From IMG/VR virus record IMGVR_UViG_3300025319_000005, positions 124,001-188,000 of that record: a stretch of DNA of 64,000 bases. One strand, given 5' to 3'. This document shows, in pieces, positions 1 through 9,547 of this stretch. The first letter of the stretch is position 1; every line of letters begins with the position of its first letter. Under the pieces are notes generated by a model. That model saw only the letters and a list, made by a program, of their open reading frames with translations, searched no databases and had not been told where the DNA came from. Position numbers and translations under genes: made by a program.

Positions 1-19
1 TTTTTCATCCAATCAATTT

Positions 20-778
20 ATGGACACAACAGATAGACAAATAAGTGTTAATAAATTTTTTAATGAGAATAGAGAACTAAAAGATTTTTTTAAAAAAATA
101 GGAGAAATAGATGCTTCTTTTGAGATAGAACATATATTAGTCTCAAAAGAAGAGGGGTTAAATCTTTTAAAAACAACAAAAAATAAAATCGCCTTAATTG
201 AAAGAAAAAATTTTAATTTTCTTAAGGATTTTTTCCTTGGAATTGGGGCTAAAAAAGAATTTATACAAGCAATATTAACAGATAAAGAATTTATAAAGCA
301 TTTATTTGAATACGGTTTATTCGATAATTTAATTGACTCTTATAAAGAAATGGATGTTCCCTTAGAAGGTCTTAATGTAATAAAATCATTACCATGGTTA
401 AATTCATGGATTATGAATAAAGACACTAAGCCTGAAAGAATTCAAGATTTTATATTTAGTATTTCAAAAAATTTAGGAAACGAAGGACAAGAGTTCGTTA
501 AACATTTACTAACAAAAGGAGGAATTATTTGGAATGCACTTCTTCAGCCTGGAAACATAAGAATAACACATTATTTTAATATGTTATCTTCAAGAAAATC
601 TCTTGGAACTTCCGGAATGATCATGTCAAAAAAATTATTAAGAAACCCAAGTGTTATAGCTGAATTATTATCAAAAGGGGTGTCTAAAACATCTATTGAA
701 ATGCTTAATAATTTTTACAATAGCGGAATAAAGGAATGTTATCAAGCACGTTTATATTTAAGAAACATACTTAGGTAA
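20..778 (+). CDS. hypothetical protein
   Basis: 252-aa ORF, no recognised motif. Confidence 0.6.
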   Translation: MDTTDRQISVNKFFNENRELKDFFKKIGEIDASFEIEHILVSKEEGLNLLKTTKNKIALIERKNFNFLKDFFLGIGAKKEFIQAILTDKEFIKHLFEYGLFDNLIDSYKEMDVPLEGLNVIKSLPWLNSWIMNKDTKPERIQDFIFSISKNLGNEGQEFVKHLLTKGGIIWNALLQPGNIRITHYFNMLSSRKSLGTSGMIMSKKLLRNPSVIAELLSKGVSKTSIEMLNNFYNSGIKECYQARLYLRNILR

Positions 779-780
779 TA

Positions 781-1137
781 TTAAAATGGCAAATCCTCTT
801 TATCATCATAAACAATCCCTGAGTTTTCAGCTGGAGTTTCTACAAAATCAGGAGATTTTTTAATAATCTCTATTCTCCACACTTCTAAAGAATTAAAAAC
901 TCTAACAATACTATTTTTATCAACAAATTCTTTTCCTTTTAAATCAAATAAAAGTTTCACTTCATCTCCTGGATTTAAACCATCAGCCAAAGAAACATTA
1001 TTTTGAATTAATGTAAATTCTGAAGTCTGTGGATAATTCGTACTTTTAGAATGTTCTACAATCAATCTTCTTTTCTTAAATTTTTCAGAAATCTGTTCCA
1101 GATTTTCTACTCTTATTATTTTTGCTATTATTTCCAT
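781..1137 (-). CDS. DUF3127-like OB-fold single-stranded DNA-binding protein
   Basis: Bacteroidetes DUF3127 pattern (KKRRLIVE..YPQ, FNSLEVWRIE) and SSB-type acidic tail EDLPF; TAnnTTTG promoter at 1154-1161. Confidence 0.75.
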   Translation of the reverse strand: MEIIAKIIRVENLEQISEKFKKRRLIVEHSKSTNYPQTSEFTLIQNNVSLADGLNPGDEVKLLFDLKGKEFVDKNSIVRVFNSLEVWRIEIIKKSPDFVETPAENSGIVYDDKEDLPF

Positions 1138-1244
1138 TTTATGTTGTTTTTAGCAAATGTAACTATTTAAAATAGAAAAACACATTATTATTGACTTTTT
1201 CATTAAAAAATGTTTTATTTGAATAATTTTAAAAAAACAAAAAT

Positions 1245-1502
1245 ATGAACGAACCGGATAATCAACAACAAAATAGTGACGAGACTATGCAATATGATTC
1301 TAAAATCAATAACGTAGTAGCTCTTACTCAACTCATAGGTACAATAGTCGATTATTATTCTTTCAAAAGCAAGATAATAGAAGATGAGGATGATGTGGAA
1401 AAATGGAAAAAAAATCCAGATGAGACTCCAATTATACCAACAAAAATAGACGGTGTTATAGAGAAATCCTTTCTATTCCAGCTTAAAAAATTCACCGAAT
1501 AA
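1245..1502 (+). CDS. hypothetical protein
   Basis: 85-aa ORF directly upstream of the next gene. Confidence 0.55.
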   Translation: MNEPDNQQQNSDETMQYDSKINNVVALTQLIGTIVDYYSFKSKIIEDEDDVEKWKKNPDETPIIPTKIDGVIEKSFLFQLKKFTE

Positions 1503-1504
1503 GG

Positions 1505-2176
1505 ATGGAATTTGATGAATTGATAAGTAATATTGATTTACATTCTCCGTTCCATAAAATGCTGGAAAAAAATAAATTAACAATTACACAAAATGAATTA
1601 TTAAAATATGTTGATGATAATCATTTTACAATAATACATAAAAGAAGGCAAGAAGGAGTTAGTACTGCGTTATCAGTTTATATTTTGTGGTTATTAATTA
1701 ATAATCCGGGACATTCAATTGCTTTGATATTTTCTCAGACAGAAGAGAGGGAAAAATTCAGACAAATTATCAACATGAATTTAACTTTACTTGAAAAAAT
1801 ATTTAAACTTCATGGCTATGATATGGTTTTAACAGCTAAAAACCATAACATAAATGAAACTATATTTCCAAATGGTTCGCGTATTCATTATTGGTCAAAA
1901 AACAATAAACATGCCGGCAGGGGTCATAGTTTAGATTTTGTTTATATATCAGAAGTAACTCACCAAGATAATTACATGGAACTAATTCAATGCCTTTATC
2001 CATGCGTTGCAATGAGTAAAAAAGGTAGATTTCTAATCACTTCATCAACTATTAGGACACTAAAGGAAGACTTCTTTATGAATGGAGAAGGAATTTCCGA
2101 ATACTGGTGTAATGATTTTTTCGATGGTAAAAGATTTGTAATAGTAGAAAAATACGAATTCAATCATAAAGTGTGA
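1505..2176 (+). CDS. stand-alone terminase-large-subunit ATPase-like protein (degenerate) with RFVIVEKY tag
   Basis: KRRQEGVST resembles terminase Walker A; AGRGHSLDFVYISE resembles Walker B with D>S; no nuclease domain. Confidence 0.6.
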   Translation: MEFDELISNIDLHSPFHKMLEKNKLTITQNELLKYVDDNHFTIIHKRRQEGVSTALSVYILWLLINNPGHSIALIFSQTEEREKFRQIINMNLTLLEKIFKLHGYDMVLTAKNHNINETIFPNGSRIHYWSKNNKHAGRGHSLDFVYISEVTHQDNYMELIQCLYPCVAMSKKGRFLITSSTIRTLKEDFFMNGEGISEYWCNDFFDGKRFVIVEKYEFNHKV

Positions 2177-2733
2177 ATTTTAAAATCAAGCTCTTTTGAT
2201 AGTGTGTCATAATAAATTCCTATATCTCTCTGTACACATGAAACATCTCTATATTTTTGAAACATGTCAAATACAAGCATTTCAAACACAGAGCTAGTCA
2301 AGAAATCAACCGAAACTTTATATCCACAAACACAAAGAGCTCCTGTTTTTTTTAAAAAATCTTTTATTCTTGAATTTTCAGCCTGAAGCACAAGACAACT
2401 TCCAAAGAAAATTATCTTATCCTTACAAGAATCCTTTAATATCTCTGATATTTCTTCTAATGTTATATCTTCTTTCCCTATTTTTATTTCTCCCTCATTC
2501 CCATGAAACGCTATATAACAAATAGAATAATTTGAATATTTTTTTAATTTCCATTGTGAAAGATAATAAAAGAGCGATTCTTTAGTCCCACAATGTTTAT
2601 GAATGTATTTAATGTCACAATTTTTTTCTAAAAACATTAAAGAAGCAAATATACTTGATTGTTGACGCAAATCTTTTTGCCAATCCCCTTCAAGACAAAA
2701 AATGTTCTTTTTATATTTTTTAGAGATTTTCAT
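2164..2733 (-). CDS. DUF6642-like protein
   Basis: IFCLEGDW, YIAFHG and FFGSC motifs. Confidence 0.55.
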   Translation of the reverse strand: MKISKKYKKNIFCLEGDWQKDLRQQSSIFASLMFLEKNCDIKYIHKHCGTKESLFYYLSQWKLKKYSNYSICYIAFHGNEGEIKIGKEDITLEEISEILKDSCKDKIIFFGSCLVLQAENSRIKDFLKKTGALCVCGYKVSVDFLTSSVFEMLVFDMFQKYRDVSCVQRDIGIYYDTLSKELDFKIHTL

Positions 2734-2830
2734 TATGTTCTTTATAGTAAATATAGAGGTTTTAATTTAAAATAAGGAATAATTTTTATATTTTTTTACA
2801 TATTTAGTTAAAAAGCTCTAATAACTTAAA

Positions 2831-3076
2831 ATGAAAAGATTTACGGAAAGTGAATTAAAAAAGTATCTACAATCACAAGTGGAAAAAATAGTTATTTCAG
2901 AAGGTTTAATTAAAAAACAGAAAAGTAATCCGGTTCCGGAATTTGAAAGCTCTAAGAAAGAAACTGTATCAGAATCAGATAATATTCAAATTGAGGATGT
3001 AAAATTACTGGCTGAAGAGATAAAACGTATGAAAGAGCTTATTGATTTTAGAAATCCTTTACTAAAAAAAGAATAA
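2831..3076 (+). CDS. small putative late/virion-associated protein
   Basis: TATTTA at 2801-2806; leader ending VISE. Confidence 0.6.
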   Translation: MKRFTESELKKYLQSQVEKIVISEGLIKKQKSNPVPEFESSKKETVSESDNIQIEDVKLLAEEIKRMKELIDFRNPLLKKE

Positions 3077-3114
3077 TAACAACTTCGATAACAATTGCAG
3101 TTATCCAACGAGTT

Positions 3115-3147
3115 TAAAAAACCTTCAATTTTATTGGAGGTTTTTTG
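3115..3147 (+). terminator. intrinsic terminator
   Basis: AAAAACCTTCAA-loop-TTGGAGGTTTTT followed by a T run. Confidence 0.7.
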
Positions 3148-3192
3148 TTTTTATCAATTTATTCCTTTTTATTTGCATTAAATTATTAAACC

Positions 3193-3780
3193 ATGGAAGA
3201 TTCAGAATTTTTTTTAAAAATAGATGCTATGTTAAGTAAAACATTAAAAAACCAAACACTCAAAGAGATGCAAGATGAATTAATAGTTGAAATTACTAAA
3301 AATAAAGAAAACCATAAAGAAAATTTTAATCCTGCATTAGTTTTTAAAAAAATTGGACAAAATATATTTCGAAAATTTCTTGAAACAGAGAGAGGGTATA
3401 CATTACTTTATGATTGTGAAGACAACACTTTTGACCAAACATATATAAAAAATGGGAAAATAGAAGTATTTGAATTAAAAACAGATTACACCCATATGAT
3501 AAATGATGATAATACTGGAGAAATAGCAGATACAAAAAACATAGTAATCGAATTTAAATCCATTGATAAAATGGCTAAATTTTTTGTTACATACTTTCCT
3601 CAAATAAATGAGTTATGGTTAATTAGAACAGAAAAATTAAAGAAGCTTATTGAAGAAGAGAAATATAATTTTCAAACAATAAAAACAGGTGACAATATAA
3701 CTTATTTAACAAATAGAATAGAAATTAAATCAGAATTCAGCATAACAAATGTTTGCAAAGAAGAAATTGTAGTAGTGTAA
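3193..3780 (+). CDS. PD-(D/E)xK nuclease-like protein
   Basis: FD...EVFELKTD and NIVIE pattern; stop overlaps the methyltransferase start (TAATG). Confidence 0.45.
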   Translation: MEDSEFFLKIDAMLSKTLKNQTLKEMQDELIVEITKNKENHKENFNPALVFKKIGQNIFRKFLETERGYTLLYDCEDNTFDQTYIKNGKIEVFELKTDYTHMINDDNTGEIADTKNIVIEFKSIDKMAKFFVTYFPQINELWLIRTEKLKKLIEEEKYNFQTIKTGDNITYLTNRIEIKSEFSITNVCKEEIVVV

Positions 3781-4403
3781 TGGTAAAAAGCATATCATAT
3801 AATGAAGAAGAAATTATAAACTGGATATTAAATCTCCATTGCAAGACTTCTATTGAGCTTGATCCAACATACAGTAAAGGAAATTTCTATAAAGGAAGTA
3901 TTACTAAACCGAAATATAAATTCGACCTATATCCTCAAATTGATGGAGTAGAACGTGCTAATGCTGAAAAATTGCCATTAGAAGACATTAGCATTAATAC
4001 TATAATGTTTGACCCACCATTCTTAGCAACAAAAGGAAAATCTTTAACAATAGACAATGGAAGTAATAAAATAAACAAAAGATTTGGTGTTTATCCTACA
4101 GAAAAAGAATTACACACATTTTATATCAATGCTTTAATTGAATTCCATAGAATATTAAAACCTAATGGTGTCCTTATATTTAAATGTCAAGATAAAGTAA
4201 GTTCCGGAACACAGTATTTTAGTCACAATTTCATAATTAATGAAGCAAATAAATTAGGGTTTTACACAAAAGACATGTTTATATTATTAGCAAAACAAAG
4301 AATAGTGGCAAACTGGCAGTTAAAAAACCAGAAGAATGCCAGAAAATTTCATTCATACTTTCTCGTATTTGAAAAATCGAATAAAACAGTCAAATATATT
4401 TAA
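3780..4403 (+). CDS. amino (N6A/N4C) DNA methyltransferase
   Basis: motif IV IMFDPPF; start reassigned to the ATG at 3780 overlapping the upstream stop. Confidence 0.8.
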   Translation: MVKSISYNEEEIINWILNLHCKTSIELDPTYSKGNFYKGSITKPKYKFDLYPQIDGVERANAEKLPLEDISINTIMFDPPFLATKGKSLTIDNGSNKINKRFGVYPTEKELHTFYINALIEFHRILKPNGVLIFKCQDKVSSGTQYFSHNFIINEANKLGFYTKDMFILLAKQRIVANWQLKNQKNARKFHSYFLVFEKSNKTVKYI

Positions 4404-4405
4404 CT

Positions 4406-4630
4406 TTGGGACATTACATTGATAATTATTTAAAAGCACTTCCGCCTTTTTTAAAACAAAATCAAAACGATGAAAATGTTCTAACAAGGATTGTTATTGT
4501 TGAAAAATATAATATAAATCCTTGGATTTGCTCAGGCAATTTAATAGAAGATTTAAAAAAAGACATGGATTATTTTCGTGCTAAAATGTTTAACTGTGTT
4601 GGAATTCCCTCAAAATACTTCGAAATATAA
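4406..4630 (+). CDS. small protein with RIVIVEKY tag and portal-like C-terminal segment
   Basis: TTG start; DMDYFRAKMFNCVGIPSKYF resembles the T4-type portal DxxYFxxKLxxxLxIP segment. Confidence 0.5.
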   Translation: MGHYIDNYLKALPPFLKQNQNDENVLTRIVIVEKYNINPWICSGNLIEDLKKDMDYFRAKMFNCVGIPSKYFEI

Positions 4631-4659
4631 TATTTTTTTAGATTATTTAATGATAAATC

Positions 4660-5298
4660 ATGTATTTATCTGAATCATATAAAAATCGTCTTAAATTGCT
4701 ATCTGGAGTTATTCTTGAAGATGGTTCTGATGCTGTGAAGCACACTCCTGGTCTTGACGAATTCTTAGAAAAAGTAGTCGAAAGATATAAAATTGACAAC
4801 ACATTTGTTGATATAATAAAACAATTTATTTTAAATTCTGATTGTAAAAAAATTTCAATTGAAAATCTTAAAATGGGTGATGCTGTTGCTATGTCTGATA
4901 GATTAATATTAAGTCCAAATGTTTTCAGAAATCATTTAGGTAGATTTTTATTCATATTATTTCATGAAACAGCTCATCAATATCAATTTAAAAAATATGG
5001 TGAGGATAAAATGCTTTCACTTTATACCGGCGACATTTCAATAAAAGAAGCTGCAGAACTTATGAAAAAAATAGAAGTTATCGCTGATGACTTTGCTGCA
5101 AGAAAAATTAGAGAATTAATTAAATTAAAATTTTTACATCCAAAGCATAGTGAATTCAAAGGATTTTACAAGGATGTTCCTATTGAAAAACTTTCACAAA
5201 CCATTATTCAAATAAAGGATATGTTAAAAAAACTAAACATAACCGAACCATCCAAAATTAGTGAAGTATTTTATAATTGGGTAAAGGCCGACTTATAA
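4660..5298 (+). CDS. HExxH metallopeptidase-like protein with shared N-terminal leader
   Basis: LFHETAHQYQ; leader MYLSESYKNRLKLLSGVILE; TATTTA at 4644-4649. Confidence 0.65.
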   Translation: MYLSESYKNRLKLLSGVILEDGSDAVKHTPGLDEFLEKVVERYKIDNTFVDIIKQFILNSDCKKISIENLKMGDAVAMSDRLILSPNVFRNHLGRFLFILFHETAHQYQFKKYGEDKMLSLYTGDISIKEAAELMKKIEVIADDFAARKIRELIKLKFLHPKHSEFKGFYKDVPIEKLSQTIIQIKDMLKKLNITEPSKISEVFYNWVKADL

Positions 5299-5338
5299 CT
5301 CTAATTATAACTTTTTTCAAGATATTTAATGATAAGTT

Positions 5339-7198
5339 ATGAACTTATCAGAATCGTACAAAAATCGCCTTAAATTATTGTCAGGAATTATTTCTGAGAA
5401 TGTTTCTAATATCCAAGAATTAGATATTGAAGACGTATCTATTCCGGCAAGCTACATAAAAGATTCCTTAAATCCACAAATATGGGATGGTGATAAGTTA
5501 AAACCAGAAATAAGAGAACATTTACTAAATATAGTTAATGGATACAAAAAGCATCTTGAATTAAAAATAGAACCTAAAGATGTTAAATTTTTGGGAAGTA
5601 TGGCTAATTTCAACTGGACAGATGCAAGTGATATTGATGTCCATTTATTTTATGACATAAAAAACATCTCTGATAATACAGAACTTACTAAGCAATTACT
5701 TGAAAGTAAAGGTAAAGATTGGAAAGATAATCACGATATAAAAATAAAAGGTTTCAATGTTGAATTATATGCTCAGGATATTAATGACCAATATCACTCT
5801 GGTGGTGTTTATGATTTACTTAATAACGACTGGATTAGTAAGCCAAAAAAAGAAGATGTTAAAGTTGACAAAGAATTAATAAAAAGAAAATCTTCTTCCA
5901 TTGCTACAAGAATAGAACATGTTGAAAAATTGTCTGATAATAATCCAGATAAAGTTTATAAAGAAGCAAAAAAATTAAAAGATAAAATCAAAAAAATGAG
6001 ACAAGCTGGTTTAGATAAAACTGGTGAATTTTCTGCTGAGAATTTAGTTTTTAAATACTTAAGAAACAATGGTTATCTTGATAGGTTAGGAAAAGTTATC
6101 TCAAAATCTTTTGATAAAAATCTATCACTGGATGAAACTAACATTACTGAAGCTAACCACGATATTGATCCAAGACATTTAAGGAAAGTTATTTTTAAAA
6201 GCAAACGCAGGCCAGAAATGATTATTGTCGTTAGTAAGACTTTAGATGGTAGAATTGTTGACATAGAAAATAAATTCAATATAAATTTCCCATTTAAAGT
6301 AGGACAGATTCTAAATAGAAACCATGAAACATGGGCTTGTAATAATCATTATTTTGTAAATGACAAAGATACTTGTCCGGAAGAAAAAGTATTTGGTATT
6401 AGAAAAAGTGATATTCCTCAAGGACATGAATTAAGAATGATGTTTCCGGGTAAATTTAAAAACGAATCAAAAATGGAATTAAATGAAGAAACCAATAAAC
6501 TTTCCTCGAAAGAATCACTTGAAATAAAAAGGGTAGCTAAAAAAGGAAATTTAAATATTGGAAGATATGATATCAACGAGCTTATTATGGGATTTCAAAT
6601 TGAAAAAGAACATGGTACAGTTAATCCAATAACAAATGTTACTAATGATGATGAAGTGAAAACCTTAAAAATTGCTTTAGCTCATCTTAATGAGGTACCG
6701 GACTATTATACAAAACTTAAAAAGTATGTAGAAAATGGGATTTCAGAATCAAAAAAAGTAAAAAAAAAATTAATGAATGAATCAACAGATTTTGAAGAAA
6801 AACAAAAGCATAAATTAATTATAAAAAAATCCGTTGACAATCTTGACGAAAACAAAATTAATCTTATTAAAAAGTTTATAATTTTTTGTTGTAAAGAATT
6901 AAAGATAGATAGTTCGTGCACTGTATTTTTAACAGGAAAAAGGGGTGGTCCAATTACTACTACTGCAAGTTATAATCCAGAAAATGACCATATTTGGATT
7001 TATACAAAAAACAGGAATATGCTGGCAGATCCAATGAGATCGATGGCGCACGAAATAAGACATTTTAAACAAAAATTAGATGGTGTTTTAACTGAAAAGT
7101 CAGGTGAGGATGGAAGCATTCATGAGAATGAAGCAAATTCTTTTAGTGGATGTATGATTAGAAAGTTTGGTAAAAACAATAGAGAAATTTATCAATAA
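5339..7198 (+). CDS. multi-module protein: leader + Pol-beta-type nucleotidyltransferase + unknown module + DUF5661-like + HExxH peptidase
   Basis: GSMANFNW..SDIDVH; MGFQIEKEH..IALAHLNEVPDYY; MAHEIRH; modules separated by LDE/ITE/LNE/ISE/MNE. Confidence 0.7.
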   Translation: MNLSESYKNRLKLLSGIISENVSNIQELDIEDVSIPASYIKDSLNPQIWDGDKLKPEIREHLLNIVNGYKKHLELKIEPKDVKFLGSMANFNWTDASDIDVHLFYDIKNISDNTELTKQLLESKGKDWKDNHDIKIKGFNVELYAQDINDQYHSGGVYDLLNNDWISKPKKEDVKVDKELIKRKSSSIATRIEHVEKLSDNNPDKVYKEAKKLKDKIKKMRQAGLDKTGEFSAENLVFKYLRNNGYLDRLGKVISKSFDKNLSLDETNITEANHDIDPRHLRKVIFKSKRRPEMIIVVSKTLDGRIVDIENKFNINFPFKVGQILNRNHETWACNNHYFVNDKDTCPEEKVFGIRKSDIPQGHELRMMFPGKFKNESKMELNEETNKLSSKESLEIKRVAKKGNLNIGRYDINELIMGFQIEKEHGTVNPITNVTNDDEVKTLKIALAHLNEVPDYYTKLKKYVENGISESKKVKKKLMNESTDFEEKQKHKLIIKKSVDNLDENKINLIKKFIIFCCKELKIDSSCTVFLTGKRGGPITTTASYNPENDHIWIYTKNRNMLADPMRSMAHEIRHFKQKLDGVLTEKSGEDGSIHENEANSFSGCMIRKFGKNNREIYQ

Positions 7199-7199
7199 A

Positions 7200-7552
7200 C
7201 AAGCTCGCGACTTGGTTTATTTATCCTTGTAAAATTTGTTTTGCATTTGCTACTGGTCCCGCAACATTTGCTGTATTATTTGATATTTTTATTTTATTAT
7301 CAAGCTTGTCACATCTAGAATCTAATTCCCTGTGAAGTTCATTGATGTCTTTTCTAAGTTCTTCATCACCAAAATTAATACTTTGATTTACAGTATTATC
7401 TAATTCATCAATCTTTCTACCTAACCTAAAAATTGCAACCACTACCAATGCGATGACAGTAACTACACATAAAGTTGACAGAATTGTTAAAAAAATAATT
7501 GTTGTTGTTTCCATAATTTGTTTCTCCTTTGTTTTTATAAGTCGCGAGCTTG
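7200..7552. repeat. 14-bp perfect inverted repeat pair flanking one gene
   Basis: CAAGCTCGCGACTT at 7200-7213 and AAGTCGCGAGCTTG at 7539-7552. Confidence 0.85.
7221..7514 (-). CDS. single-pass membrane protein with coiled coil
   Basis: hydrophobic N-terminus IIFLTILSTLCVVTVIALVVVAIF; start reassigned to ATG 7514. Confidence 0.7.
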   Translation of the reverse strand: METTTIIFLTILSTLCVVTVIALVVVAIFRLGRKIDELDNTVNQSINFGDEELRKDINELHRELDSRCDKLDNKIKISNNTANVAGPVANAKQILQG

Positions 7553-7636
7553 AGTAAAACAAATTTAATTAGAAAAACTATTAAAGTCAATAGGTAGGTT
7601 TAAATTTTGAAATAATCAAAAGCCTCTATAGCATTA

Positions 7637-8008
7637 CTATGCAGGAGTGTTGTATTTTCCATCATCAAATATTGTTAATTGTTGTATTCTTTGAAGAAAT
7701 ATTACCTTCATTTCTGTTTCTTCGCCTATCCACCATGGTTTTTTTGAGTACATATTTGACATTAATGTGAAGAATTCTTTTTCATTAAGCCCGGTATCTG
7801 TCAAATAAACTCCAGAAGCAATTATTCCACTTATGGTTCTATTGTCTGATTTCAAAACTCTGGCATAGCAAAAAAACCTTTCCCCAATCCTAATGTCAAA
7901 TTCCATTCCAGGATTATACGACTTGTAAGCTGGTCTTATTGTAGAAAATGTGTCACATAAAAGTTTGTTATTCCAATTTTTCGAAAACTCGATTCTTTCG
8001 TATTCCAT
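7637..8008 (-). CDS. hypothetical protein (possible ASCH/PUA-like)
   Basis: FSKNWNNKL...FSTIR pattern. Confidence 0.45.
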   Translation of the reverse strand: MEYERIEFSKNWNNKLLCDTFSTIRPAYKSYNPGMEFDIRIGERFFCYARVLKSDNRTISGIIASGVYLTDTGLNEKEFFTLMSNMYSKKPWWIGEETEMKVIFLQRIQQLTIFDDGKYNTPA

Positions 8009-8024
8009 TTACAATTATGCTTAT

Positions 8025-8216
8025 TTATTTGTAATTTTCCTTCCAACTATCACCTAATTCTTCTTTAATAATATCATCAATAAATGAATCAATTTCATCA
8101 TCTGAAAGGAATTTTTTACCAGCTTTCTTTTGCCGTTTTAATTCCCTATCCAAACCAAGTGAAATTCTTTCTATTAATTTTGATTTGTCTTTTATTAATT
8201 TATTTATTTCGTTCAT
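8025..8216 (-). CDS. hypothetical protein
   Basis: 63-aa ORF in a minus-strand run. Confidence 0.55.
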   Translation of the reverse strand: MNEINKLIKDKSKLIERISLGLDRELKRQKKAGKKFLSDDEIDSFIDDIIKEELGDSWKENYK

Positions 8217-8222
8217 TTCTAT

Positions 8223-9314
8223 TTAATCCTCCAATTTTGACTCCGGTTCTTCTGAATTTCTTTTTTCAATTGCATTTTTAATAGCTTCTATTTGTTTTTT
8301 ACCTAATTCTTCTGGATGGTGACAGATATCTATGCATAAATTTGATAAATCTGTATAATCCAATTGTGCAATGTAATTAATAAATGGCGCAAGGTCATGA
8401 CTTGTAACATCTGCAGTACTTAATAAAGCTCTCCATAATGTAGGTCCAAAAAAGTAATGCCACTGTTCGTGAGAATATTTATCAGCTTCAGCATAAACAT
8501 ATTCTAATTCATATGGAGGTAATTGAGGGATTCCAATTGAAGCAAGGTAATCAACTACTCCTTTTGAAAGTTCGTGAATTAACACTGGAAAATTCATTGC
8601 AGATGCTTTTATGTCCTTTTTTTCAATATCAACTTTATTATGACCCTGAACAACAGGACGACCACCCATCTGCATTGCATCAGCCTGAATCATTTGCCAG
8701 TTCCAATAATTTACAAGTGCAGACAATCTGTTGTATTTTCCTAAAAGCTCCGGATTTATATCATTTAATTTATCAGCAGCAATATAATAAGCTGATGTCC
8801 ATTGATGAATTGCGGCACCATGTACAATAGAATTAAGAATTCTTCTTTTTTCTATTTCAACTTTTAATTCTTCCTTTCTTTCATCACTAATCATTTCTTC
8901 TTCAACGTCACTATCATCAAAATCACCGTCTCCGGCTTCTTCATCTGAATTTTCTAAAAATGCTCTTAAATTAATTGTCTCAGGAACATTATACATTTCC
9001 CGAACAAGGTCTATTGCAATTTCCGTCAATTCTTCTCTGTGAGGAGCTTCAAGTTGTAATAATTCTTGCATTAACATCATTGCATGCATTGGACTTTGTC
9101 CTTCAGCACGTTCAATATATATGCGAGTGCAACGATTAAATTCATCCGCTCCAAGAAATGCCGGATTATAAGAAAAAAATCTATTCTCATTAAATGGAAA
9201 AGTTTTTTCATCAATCATTCTAACTATTCTTGGATTTGGCATATAATTTCCATTTTCCAAATATTCAGCAAACATTAATGTTGCATCTTGTTCTATTTTT
9301 TGTATTTCTGGCAT
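8223..9314 (-). CDS. conserved hypothetical protein
   Basis: 363 aa; KRRILNSIVHGAA, FPVLIHELSKG, FFGPTLW motifs. Confidence 0.65.
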   Translation of the reverse strand: MPEIQKIEQDATLMFAEYLENGNYMPNPRIVRMIDEKTFPFNENRFFSYNPAFLGADEFNRCTRIYIERAEGQSPMHAMMLMQELLQLEAPHREELTEIAIDLVREMYNVPETINLRAFLENSDEEAGDGDFDDSDVEEEMISDERKEELKVEIEKRRILNSIVHGAAIHQWTSAYYIAADKLNDINPELLGKYNRLSALVNYWNWQMIQADAMQMGGRPVVQGHNKVDIEKKDIKASAMNFPVLIHELSKGVVDYLASIGIPQLPPYELEYVYAEADKYSHEQWHYFFGPTLWRALLSTADVTSHDLAPFINYIAQLDYTDLSNLCIDICHHPEELGKKQIEAIKNAIEKRNSEEPESKLED

Positions 9315-9351
9315 GTTTTTTTATTTAAAATTTTATATAACTAATTAATTA

Positions 9352-9498
9352 TCAGGCTTTCGGGCTGGGTTTTGTACTTGGAGACGGTATAGACCATGGA
9401 TCATTACCAGGCTTTGTTCCGGGTTTTGTTGTTGGTTCTGTTGTCGGTTTTGTTACCGGCGGAGCTGTTGTTGGCTCTGGTGAAAAATTGTTTTTCAT
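9352..9498 (-). CDS. 48-aa Pro/Thr/Lys-rich small protein (not in ORF track)
   Basis: MKNNFSPEPTTAPPVTKPTTEPTTKPGTKPGNDPWSIPSPSTKPSPKA followed by TGA TAA. Confidence 0.65.
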   Translation of the reverse strand: MKNNFSPEPTTAPPVTKPTTEPTTKPGTKPGNDPWSIPSPSTKPSPKA

Positions 9499-9547
9499 AT
9501 TGATTGTTTTATTGTTTAAACTGATTTTGTTCGAATAGGTTGCGAAG

